NCBI GenBank assembly: GCA_963787255.1
Contig: CAWBCJ010000029.1
Coordinates: forward strand, 128,001 to 192,000
DNA: 64,000 bases
From: Methanobacteriota archaeon
GTDB taxonomy: Archaea; Methanobacteriota; Methanobacteria; Methanobacteriales; Methanobacteriaceae
Direction: 5' to 3'
The translations under genes were made by a program, and so were the position numbers. This document shows positions 53,769 to 64,000 of this stretch, one piece after another. Below the pieces are notes generated by a model, which did not search any database, was not told where the DNA came from, and worked only from the letters and a program-made list of their open reading frames with translations. Each line of letters begins with the position of its first letter. Position 1 is the first letter of the stretch.

Positions 53769-54056
53769 TTGAAAGATACAATTATAAGAGAAGTTTATAG
53801 TGTTTTAGAAGACCGGCGTGACAACCCTATTGATTCTTATACTTCTAAAATTATGAGTGACGATAAAAAGCTGGCAGAAGATAAAATACTCGAAAAAATT
53901 GGTGAAGAAGCAGCAGAAGTTATAATTGCCTCTAAAAATGATGAAAATCTTGTATCTGAATCTGCTGACCTTATTTTCCACACATTAATTCTTCTTGCAT
54001 ATAAACACGTTGATATTGACGAGCTTTTCAATGAATTCGAGAAGAGAAGAAAATAG
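53769..54056 (+). CDS. hisE: Phosphoribosyl-ATP pyrophosphatase
   Basis: [12 protein letters not shown] and ESADLIFH motifs. Confidence 0.95.
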   Translation: MKDTIIREVYSVLEDRRDNPIDSYTSKIMSDDKKLAEDKILEKIGEEAAEVIIASKNDENLVSESADLIFHTLILLAYKHVDIDELFNEFEKRRK

Positions 54057-54060
54057 TTAA

Positions 54061-54606
54061 TCACTTTTTTTTAACTGTTTCCATGAACCTTTCTTTAATC
54101 TCTTCCGGTTCCATATCAATAACATGAACATCTGCATTTCCAGGTTTAACTTTCATATGCACAAAAACAGGGCCTTCTGCATCTAAAACTCGCTTAAAAT
54201 CTATTTTTTCTTCAAAAACAAATGTATTTTTAAATCCAACCGACTTTGCAATTTCATGAAGGTCTACTTTTGTTGTATAAGTGCACTGCGACCCGGTAGA
54301 GCCGTAGCATTGATTATCAAATACCACAAAAACCATATTTCCCGGATCCTGGCTAAAAATTGTTACCAATGTTCCCATATTCATAAGAACTGAACCATCG
54401 CCGTCAAAGACTACCACTTTTCGTTCCTGTGATAATGCCAGGCCCAGGCCAATTGACGATGCCATTCCCATTGAACCAAGCATGTAAAAATGATTAGGAG
54501 AATCTTTAACTGAATATAATTCTCTAGATGGAAATCCAATATTACATATTACTAATTCGTCGTCTAGACTTTCTGCTATTGTTTTTATAGCTTCAATACG
54601 TTCCAT
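54061..54606 (-). CDS. comE: Sulfopyruvate decarboxylase subunit beta
   Basis: [18 protein letters not shown] and TPP motif GDGS...DN. Confidence 0.93.
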   Translation of the reverse strand: MERIEAIKTIAESLDDELVICNIGFPSRELYSVKDSPNHFYMLGSMGMASSIGLGLALSQERKVVVFDGDGSVLMNMGTLVTIFSQDPGNMVFVVFDNQCYGSTGSQCTYTTKVDLHEIAKSVGFKNTFVFEEKIDFKRVLDAEGPVFVHMKVKPGNADVHVIDMEPEEIKERFMETVKKK

Positions 54607-54648
54607 AATATCACTATCATTTTAAATAAATAATATTATCATAATAAT

Positions 54649-55143
54649 TTATTTCCAAAATGGAATTTCTAAGAGTATTCCCACAGGCGCTCCGCCCATT
54701 TCAGATAGTTTCCATGCCTGAGGGATAATTTCTAATGCTTCTTCAGGAGTTTTAGGATTGAAATAAGCAATATTTAAGGCATCTAAAACTGATGGCGTTG
54801 CTTTCCCCATTGGCACTTGAGCACCCATAAATTCGCCTTCAGTCCCCCTGTGACTCATAATAATAAGTATCGGAATCTTGTAAAGCTCATATAAAGATGC
54901 CAGAACATTAACTGAGTTTCCAAGTCCTGAATTTTGCATGAGTATTGCTGGTTTCTTTCCACCAAAATATGCCCCCGCACATATTCCAAATCCTTCTTCT
55001 TCACGTGTTACAGGGACATGGATTATATCAGAGTCGCAATCTACCATTTCCATGACTTTCCCAAGATTTACACAAGGTAAACTTACTACAAAGTCTATTT
55101 CTGCTTCTTTAATTGCGTTATAAACGGCTTCACTGCTTTTCAT
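54649..55143 (-). CDS. comD: Sulfopyruvate decarboxylase subunit alpha
   Basis: [22 protein letters not shown] and SHRG motifs. Confidence 0.93.
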   Translation of the reverse strand: MKSSEAVYNAIKEAEIDFVVSLPCVNLGKVMEMVDCDSDIIHVPVTREEEGFGICAGAYFGGKKPAILMQNSGLGNSVNVLASLYELYKIPILIIMSHRGTEGEFMGAQVPMGKATPSVLDALNIAYFNPKTPEEALEIIPQAWKLSEMGGAPVGILLEIPFWK

Positions 55144-55370
55144 TTAATACACCTAAATAACTGGTTATTTCAAGATTGAATATAAAAATTTTATTTTCTA
55201 TTTAAATATTAGTTTCAATTGGTATTTAATTATTAGATATAAAAATTTTCTAATATGATTAAAAAATGATTTTTATATTTCTCTATGTTTTAAAATAGAC
55301 AATACAATGGCTAAACCCCGTATCATACTTATTATAAATCCAATTATCCCTAAAAATGAAAATCCCAACT

Positions 55371-55603
55371 AAAACATAAATATTTGCAGAATGAATGTCA
55401 GCGTGGAAAAATTCATGGATCAATACCTGTTTAAAGAACGATCCTACTCCTCTTTTTGCTACTAAAGGCTCGTCAAATCCTTCATCAGAATTTATAACAT
55501 ATGAGACTTTTTTTCCTTCAATAAGTTCCATTGTAAGAACTTTAGATGTTTAATACTCTTTATAAACCTTTGGAACGTATACTGTTTCATTGTCCTTGAA
55601 ATT
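55371..55603 (-). pseudogene. Remnant of an ABC1/UbiB/AarF kinase gene (internal fragment only, bounds approximate)
   Basis: FKDNETVYVPKVYKEY*TSKVLTMELIEG...FFKQVLIHEFFHADIHSANI, with an in-frame stop and both ends missing. Confidence 0.8.
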
Positions 55604-55705
55604 ATATTAAACTATAGTAAAAAGTTCAATATTATTGAAAACTGCAAAAATTAGTATGAAATTAAAATAGATTTTTTATCTATAAAACTTAAAATTAAAA
55701 AGAAG

Positions 55706-55729
55706 TGATGTTATCATTTGACAACATCA
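55706..55729 (-). terminator. Hairpin downstream of purP
   Basis: TGATGTT.TCA-TT-TGA.AACATCA followed by a T-rich minus strand. Confidence 0.5.
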
Positions 55730-55766
55730 ATTAAATAAATGGTTTTATATCTAAAATAGGGCATTA

Positions 55767-56858
<1,092 letters not shown>

Positions 56859-57295
56859 TTCTTGAATCCCTCCTCATGTCAAAAAACATGTTTAGTTAAA
56901 TAAACATGGTTCGTTTCTAATAATTATCTTTTTCGTCTTGTTATTTTGTATGACAAATAAAGCGTTTAATAATAATATAATAATTTAAATAACATTTAAT
57001 ATAAAATAGCAAAAGTAAATTCAGACAAAATTAACCTTGATATAGATTTTTATTAGATATTTTAACATTTTTAAATTCAATAAGGAACGTTTGATTCTTA
57101 AAAACAATTTTGTATTCATGATTTTATGTATTAATTGTAGGTGCTTATTTTTCAAATTCAATTAAAAATGCTGATGATTTTTTATCTAATTTGTAAGCAG
57201 AAATTGTTGAAAAAAAATCGGGAGAATTAGAAAAATTAAAATGATAAAACTAAATTCATTTTTCATTTTTCTTAAGTATAATTTAAAAAAAAATA

Positions 57296-57417
57296 CGCTC
57301 ATTGCCAGAGGTAGTGATATTAATTGCTTGAATACTATGTGGATTTTTTTTTGGCTGAGTTGATAAATCCAGTAAATTAATCACTACAATTTTATATACA
57401 CCTATTGGAAATGAGCG
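57296..57417. repeat. 122-nt nested imperfect inverted repeat (MITE-like or structured RNA)
   Basis: Three nested arm pairs: CGCTCATT.CCA/TGG.AATGAGCG, GTAGTGAT..TAATT/AATTA.ATCACTAC and TGGATTT/AAATCCA. Confidence 0.7.
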
Positions 57418-57435
57418 AATGATGAAATGAAAGGT

Positions 57436-57963
57436 TTATTTATCCTCAACTAAAACTTTCATTTTACCATCGTAAAGGTCTATTATAAGACCATGTATAG
57501 GCACATCATCAGGAATAAATGGAGATTCTTTTATTTTTTCCACTACGTTTATCACATTTTCCTCTTCACTATCAATTGCCCCTATCCATTCTTCAATATC
57601 CACATCTAGAATGGTTTTTTCATCCACGCCTCGCGCTTTCATTGCATCAGTAAGTCTTTCAGGATCTACATTTGCCATTCCACATTCATAATGTCCGACC
57701 ACCATTACCTCTTCAGCGCCCAACGCGTATATGGCTGCTGCAACGGATCTTATAACATCCCTATCAACTACAGCATTACCTGCATTTTTAATTATCTTTG
57801 CATCTCCTCTTTCAATTCCCATTGCAGGCTCTAAAAATCCTGTAAGTCTGGTATCCATGCATGTTACAATAGCTAACTTCTTCTTTGGCATGTGACTCAT
57901 TTTTTTAGGTTCAAAGTCTTTAACAAAATCTTCATTGGCTTTTAGTACTTCGTCAAGCATCAT
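57436..57963 (-). CDS. cab: Beta-class carbonic anhydrase (Cab type)
   Basis: TCMDTR, KNAGN and GHYECGM zinc ligands. Confidence 0.92.
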   Translation of the reverse strand: MMLDEVLKANEDFVKDFEPKKMSHMPKKKLAIVTCMDTRLTGFLEPAMGIERGDAKIIKNAGNAVVDRDVIRSVAAAIYALGAEEVMVVGHYECGMANVDPERLTDAMKARGVDEKTILDVDIEEWIGAIDSEEENVINVVEKIKESPFIPDDVPIHGLIIDLYDGKMKVLVEDK

Positions 57964-58229
57964 TTTTATCACCTGAAATAATTAAATAGTAAATCACATC
58001 TTGAAACTAAGTTTTACTCCTTTTTTCATATATTTTAGAGGTGATGGAGTAAAAGATCAGCTTCAAGTAGCAGATAGAATTCAATCTATCTACATTCTCA
58101 AAAATATAAAATATGATTTACTGAATTTCATTGATACTGCATCTTCAGACAGACTAAAGCATCATTTAAACAGTAACAGTGATATTTCCTAATTTTTTTA
58201 AATAAAAAATATATAAAAAGTGAGTTTTT

Positions 58230-59433
58230 TTATTCCTCACTTGGCTCTTTATCTATTTTAGAAAGAGGCGGTTTTTGTTCTATGTCATATCCTGGACGGT
58301 ATCCAAAGGATTCTTGCAATTGGACATTTATCTTATGGAAGATTTTTGCAAGTGGAATCTCCGCAGGACATACTTCCTCACATTGACCACAGTTTGTACA
58401 TGAATCCACCATATGAAGCATTCTTACAAAGTGGAACATTGGTGATGGTGGAAGTTCTCCTTTTCCTACCCATTCATTAGATTCTGACTCAATAGAACAT
58501 TTTACACAGAAGCAAAGTGGACATGCTTCTCTGCAGCCAAAACATTTTATACATTTGTCAAATTCATCCATGTACTGATCAAGGGAAAGTAGTTCACCAC
58601 TTTCTTCTCCGAAGTTCCTGTCTTGCCATTTGTTTGCCAGATTTACCATTGACTTTATCAATATTTGCACGTATCTCAATACCCTTAGGTACTGGATCCT
58701 GTACCTTTAAAGCTCCGGCTTTTATAGCTTTATCTAAGACTTCTGCACCTTTATCTGAGAATACTTCCACAAAGGTTGCTTTACCTGCAAGAGGACCTAT
58801 AACACCCCAATTACCCATAGCTAAATCTGACATTACAGGTATATTGTTTTCACACCTTCTGCAGTTTGTCCTTCGTCCAAATCCTTCATCTTCAAGTTCG
58901 TCAATGCTTATTTCTTTTTCTTCGTCGTCTGCTGTTTCTATGATTAAGTTACCTTTGGCGATTTCTTCTTTTACTACAGTGTCAGGGTCGATTTCATAGA
59001 ATTTTTCTATCATTTCACGAGCCTGTACTGGAGGTAAAGTACCACCACAGTTAACTCCAATCATTACAACGTTGTCTCTTTCTATCTGGTTTCTTTTCAT
59101 GAGCTCTACAATGGTCATTGCATCGCAGGGCTTTGTGGTAACAGCTATTTTCATGTCCTTTGCGCCGTTGAGGTACTTATTGAGGGTTTTGGCGATGTTC
59201 AGTGTACCGCAGTGTAAAGAACCCGCTGACTCTATAACTTCCTCTGGGTCAGTTATTAAAGTAGGTACAGCGTCGTAAAGGTCTGCGCCTTTTTTAACTG
59301 CTAAGACTGCATCTACAATACCTTCTTCAAGTAAGAATTTCATTACAGATGTCACGGCTCCGCCGCATTCTCCACTTTCAGCTATCTCATCGTCTGGAGA
59401 CCATGCATAATACATATCATTTACTTTAACCAT
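58230..59433 (-). CDS. fdhB: F420-dependent formate dehydrogenase beta subunit, second copy, apparent frameshift near 58650
   Basis: [29 protein letters not shown] and C-terminal [24 protein letters not shown]. Confidence 0.9.
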
Positions 59434-59437
59434 GTGA

Positions 59438-59863
59438 TCACCCGATTTCCGCCTTATTTTTTCTCCAGGAGAAAGGACCAAGTTCTTTTACCTGATCACT
59501 TACTGTCCTCATTGCTTTGGCGAATTTTTCACCTTCTGATGCAGATATCCAATCTAGATAAAATCTTCCTTCAGGAATGCCTATGGTTTTCATAACTGTT
59601 TTTAGGCCTTTTATTCTACGATCACAAGCATAATTTCCTCTATCGTAGTGACAATCTCCAAAGTGGCATCCTGCGACCATTACTCCATCTGCTCCCTCGT
59701 CAAACGCTTTTAAGATGAATAGAGGATTTATTCTTCCAGAACACATCACTCTAATTATACGTACGTTTGGAGGATATTGCATCCTTGCTGTACCTGCAGT
59801 GTCTGCTCCACCGTATGAACACCAGTTACAACAAAAAACTAGTATTTTCGGTTCCCATCCCAT
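59438..59863 (-). CDS. mvhD: MvhD-type [2Fe-2S] subunit
   Basis: [28 protein letters not shown] and WISASEG motifs. Confidence 0.93.
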   Translation of the reverse strand: MGWEPKILVFCCNWCSYGGADTAGTARMQYPPNVRIIRVMCSGRINPLFILKAFDEGADGVMVAGCHFGDCHYDRGNYACDRRIKGLKTVMKTIGIPEGRFYLDWISASEGEKFAKAMRTVSDQVKELGPFSWRKNKAEIG

Positions 59864-59932
59864 AATATCTTCTCCCTGTTAATTTATTTAATTTATTTAA
59901 TTTTTTTTAAATGTTAATATGAAAATTAAATA

Positions 59933-59954
59933 GGAAGTGAGTATCCTCACTTCT
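59933..59954 (-). terminator. Stem-loop between fdhB and mvhD
   Basis: GAAGTGAG-TATC-CTCACTTC. Confidence 0.5.
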
Positions 59955-59977
59955 TCTTTATTTTCCAACATTTTGAA

Positions 59978-61175
59978 CTATTTACTAGGCATTGGGAAGT
60001 AAGAAAGAGGTGGTAATTTTTCATCCATTCCCCTTACATATCCATAAGTTTCCTGTAATTTAGAATTGATTTCATGTGCAATTCTTGCAAGTGGAATCTC
60101 CGCAGGACATACTTCCTCACATTGACCACAGTTTGTACATGAATCTGCCATATGAACTAATCTTTCCAGATGGAACATTGGTGATGGTGGAAGTTCACCT
60201 TTAGCTATCCATTCAGGGCCATTTGCTTCTAATGTACATTCAGCACAGTAACAAATAGGACATGCTTCTCTGCAACCAAAACACTTTATACATTTATCGA
60301 GTTCATTCTGATATTGTGCTACAATAGAAAGGAGATCTCCACCATTTTCCTGGAAATCCTTGCCTTGCCATTTTTTAGCTAATCTTACCATAGCTCCATC
60401 GATAGTTTCACGTATTTCAACACCTTTTGGTATAGGATCCTGTACTGTTAAGGCTCCTGATTCTATAGCTTTATCTAAGATTTCTGCACCTTTTTCTGAG
60501 AATACTTCTACAAAGGTTGCTTTACCTGCAAGAGGACCTATAACACCCCAATTACCAAGTGCTAAATCTGACATTTTAGGAATGTTAGTTTCACATCTTC
60601 TACAGTTAGATCTTCGACCGTATCCCTCGTCTTCAAGTACGTCTATGCTTATTTCTTTTTCTTCGTCGTCTGCTGTTTCTATGATTAAGTTTCCTTTGGC
60701 GATTTCTTCTTTTACTACAGTGTCAGGGTCGATTTCGTAGAATTTTTCTATCATTTCACGAGCCTGTACTGGAGGTAAAGTACCACCACAGTTAAGTCCA
60801 ACCATTACAACATTGTCTTCATTGACTTTTTCTCTTTTCATTAGTTCTCTAAGTGTCATTGCATCGCAGGGTTTAGTTGTGACAGCTATTTTCATGTCTT
60901 CTGCACCGTTAAGGTATCTTGTCAACAACTTTTGCCATGTTTAGTGTACCGCAGTGTAGTGAACCTGCTGATTCTATGATTTTCTCTGGGTCAGTTATTA
61001 AAGTAGGTACAGCATCGTAAAGGTCTGCGCCTTTTTTAACTGCTAAAACTGCGTCTACAATACCTTCTTCGAGAAGAAATTTAAGAACTGAAGTGACGGC
61101 TCCGCCGCACTCTCCACTTTCTGCTATTTCTTCGTTTGAAGATAATGCATAATATTTATCGTTTACTTGGACCAT
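59978..61175 (-). CDS. fdhB: F420-dependent formate dehydrogenase beta subunit, apparent frameshift near 60925
   Basis: Same motifs as the other copy; directly follows fdhA. Confidence 0.92.
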
Positions 61176-61183
61176 GTGATCAC

Positions 61184-63291
61184 CTACTTTCCTATATCGT
61201 AAGCTTTTTTAGGTGTGGTTCCTGCCATTCCTGCTGTAGGTTCTAATTTTGTAACACTTGCTGCAGATACTTTAAATTCTGGCATTTTAGCTGCTGGATC
61301 CAATGCAAAACTTTGGGTCAATGTATTGGCTGCACATTCTACAAAGTGGAATGGTATAAATATTACTCCTTTCATGATGTCTGGAGTAACTTTTGCATTA
61401 ATTGCAATTTCTCCACGTCGTGTTTTAACACTCACCATTTCTTTATTTTTTATACCAAGTTCAGCGGCATCTTCTGGGTTAATTTCAACAAAACCTGTTG
61501 GAACTTCACTGGCTAATGTATCTGATCTTCTGGTCATACTACCGGTGTGCCAATGGAACAGCATACGTCCAGTTGTGAGTGTAAGTGGATATTCTTCATC
61601 TGGAAGTTCAGCAGCTGGTATAAATTCAATTGGCATAAGTACTCCAAGACCGTCTGCAGTTGCAAATTGTTCTGCCCAAAGTATAGGAGTTCCAGGGTGC
61701 TCTTCATCTGGGCATGGCCAGTGTAGTGCTTCTGGTTTTTCCAGTCTTTCTTTGTTCATACCTGCATATTGAGGGGTAACTGTCCTTACTTCTTCTAATA
61801 TTTCTTGTGGTGAGTTGAAGTTAAATAGGTCAGATCCCATTTTCTTTGCAATATCACAAATTATAGCCCAATCAGCTCTTGCTTCACCTGGTGCATCAAC
61901 TGCTTTTCTTATGTATTGCACACGTCTTTCTGTGCTTGTGAATGTTCCGTCTTTTTCAGCCCATGATGTTGCAGGAAGTACTACGTCTGCTAATTCAGCT
62001 GTTTCTGTTAAGAAGATATCTTGTACAACTAAAAAGTCTAGGTTTTCAAGAGCTTCCTTAACGTGTTGAATGTCAGGATCTGAGACCATTGGGTTTTCAC
62101 CCATTATGTACATACCTTTGACATCGCCAGAGTCTGCTGCATTCATCATTTCAACTACGGTTAGACCTGGTTTGCAGTTTAGATCACCACATCCCCATGC
62201 AGTTCTCATTTTTTCAGCCATTGGTTCTTCTATGACCTTTTGATATCCAGGGTATACAACTGGGAGTGCTCCCATGTCACATGCTCCTTGAACGTTGTTT
62301 TGACCTCTTAATGGGTTAACTCCTGTTCCTGGCCTTCCAATGTTACCTGTAATCATTGCAAGGTTGGATGTTGACATAACGTTATCTGTACCTGTGGTGA
62401 TGTTGAGTTATACCCATGGAATATACAATAGCCAGCGTTATCTGCTTTTGCATACATTCTTGCAGCTTCTTTAATTAGATCAGGTGATGCTTCAGTTATA
62501 TCTGCCACTTTTTCAGGAGGGTAGTTTTTGACAACTTCTTTTAGTTCTTCAAAGTTTTTTGTTCTTTTTTCTATGAATTCTTTGTCTTCAAGCCCTTCTG
62601 AAATTATCACGTTCATCATGGCGTTCATAAATGCCACGTCTGTTCCTGATTTAAATGGAATATATAAATCAGCTTTTTTTGCAGAAGGTGTAAATCTTGG
62701 GTCTGCGACTATTAGTTTTGCTCCATTAGCTTTTGCTTGTAATATTCTTCTCCACATTAGAGGGTGCTGTTCTAAGGTGTTAGATCCTATTATGAATATA
62801 ACATCAGCGAATTGTATACTCTTAAGGTGGTTGGTCATAGCTCCTGATCCAAATGTCTGGGCAAGTCCTGCAACTGTAGGACCGTGACAGAGTCTTGCAC
62901 AGTGGTCTATGTTGTGTGTTCCTATTACGGTACGCACAAGTTTCTGTAATAGGTAATTTTCTTCATTTGTACATCTTGCTGAAGAAAGGAACGCAAGAGC
63001 TTCTGGATCTACGCTTTTTATTTCATTTAATTTGGATACAACTAGGTCTAAAGCTTCATCCCATGTTGCTTCCTTAAATTCACCGTTTTGTTTAATTAAA
63101 GGTGTTGTTAATCTATCTTCTCTGTGAACGAATTCGTATGAAAAGTTACCTTTAGGACATAATTTTCCTTCGTTTACAGGATTTCTTTTCCATGGTTCGA
63201 CACCTGCAAGCTTCCCATCTACACTTACTAAGTTAAAACCACATCCACATCCGCAGTACGGACATGTAGTTGGGGTATATTGAATGTTCAT
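61184..63291 (-). CDS. fdhA: Formate dehydrogenase alpha subunit (Cys-type Mo/W-bisPGD), apparent frameshifts near 62390-62430
   Basis: TCPYCGCGC...[27 protein letters not shown] and [13 protein letters not shown] motifs. Confidence 0.95.
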
Positions 63292-63360
63292 TGTTTACCT
63301 CCTATTATTTACCAAATAAGAATTATTAAATTATATATGTTATTTACTTTGAATAATATC

Positions 63361-63427
63361 ATTTTTGATGTGTACTCACTACACTTGCTGTAACTCCAAA
63401 TCAATTTTTTTTGGAATTTGTTACATT
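63361..63427 (-). repeat. 67-nt dispersed two-hairpin element, copy 2 (fdhC-fdhA spacer)
   Basis: Reverse complement matches 1839-1905 at 66/67 positions. Confidence 0.95.
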
Positions 63428-63578
63428 ACCATTATAATCAAAGTATGTAAATTTCAGATGTCATTAAATATAATTGAAATTTGAAGTATTATCCTTCTCT
63501 TTTTCAGTCAAAAAAAAATAATGAAAATGGAAGGATTAATAAAACCTTACCAATTTTTCTATTTACTTGTACCTTTAG

Positions 63579-64000
63579 CTAAGCTTCTGCTTTTGGGGTT
63601 TCAGTTCCTCTAAGATAAGTCCACCAGTAGATTAGTGATACAAATATTGCTCCACCAATAATGTTACCTAATGTAGCAGGTACCATGTTGTTTACGAAGA
63701 ATTGTGTCCAGGTGACTCCACCTAAGAATATTCCAACTGGTATGAAGAACATATTTGCAACTACGTGCTCAAATCCTATTGCAACGAAAGCAAAGATTGG
63801 GAACCAAATTCCGAGTATTTTACCAATAATATCATCTGATGCGATAGCTAAGTATACTGCAAGACATACAAGCCAGTTACAGCCTATAGCTCTTAAGAAC
63901 ACTTGTACCCATGTTAAAGAAACAGTATTTTTTCCTGCTGCTACAAAGGTTGCTCCACCAAGAGCTTTTGTTTTAGCAATTGTTATTGCTGCCGCAGCCC
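63579..64000 (-). CDS. fdhC: Formate/nitrite (FNT) transporter, 5' end beyond window
   Basis: [22 protein letters not shown] and TLGNIIGG motifs; upstream of fdhA. Confidence 0.93.
   Translation of the reverse strand, partial: AAAAITIAKTKALGGATFVAAGKNTVSLTWVQVFLRAIGCNWLVCLAVYLAIASDDIIGKILGIWFPIFAFVAIGFEHVVANMFFIPVGIFLGGVTWTQFFVNNMVPATLGNIIGGAIFVSLIYWWTYLRGTETPKAEA

Noticed and set aside
58039-58070. GGTGATGGAGT resembling the start of a fluoride (crcB) riboswitch
   Set aside because: It lacks the complementary CACC and the downstream GCTGATGAC element, and it is on the opposite strand from the neighbouring genes.
58001-58192. 63-aa plus-strand ORF
   Set aside because: TTG start, no SD, no recognisable motif, and antisense within a minus-strand gene run.
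62340-62900. Selenocysteine or programmed recoding as the cause of the fdhA split
   Set aside because: The active-site ligand is Cys (CARLCH), and the break is a frame change like the other scattered indels.

Overview
AT-rich archaeal DNA from a Methanobacteriales methanogen, most likely Methanobacterium (Ehb operon, comDE, F420-dependent Fdh, fibrillarin/Nop5, Hjc). The core backbone is ehbF-P, a probable ehbQ, hom, queDE, five CBS genes, RNA ligase, pheA, three PsbP-like genes, nusA-like, coaBC, nop5/fibrillarin, pyrDK, hjc, a five-tRNA operon, gatB, hisE, comDE, purP, carbonic anhydrase and fdhC-fdhA-fdhB-mvhD-fdhB. The most notable items are as follows. (1) A ~11 kb accessory minus-strand cluster downstream of ehbP: TetR with two visible operators, DUF116, a QueG/RdhA-like Fe-S protein, a CrtI-like oxidoreductase, a pyruvyltransferase, an SDR-reductase/acyl-adenylation fusion, a 3-Cys protein, a GMC oxidoreductase and SRPBCC. 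(2) A 67-nt two-hairpin element, 66/67 identical, inside both the ehb and fdh operons in the same sense relative to transcription. (3) Four tandem small Cys-pair paralogs, three of which share a 65-nt identical block. (4) A 122-nt nested inverted repeat downstream of the carbonic anhydrase gene. Many genes carry single-base frameshifts, including presumably essential nop5, so these are probably assembly errors. All calls come from reading motifs and recalling families; no searches were run.
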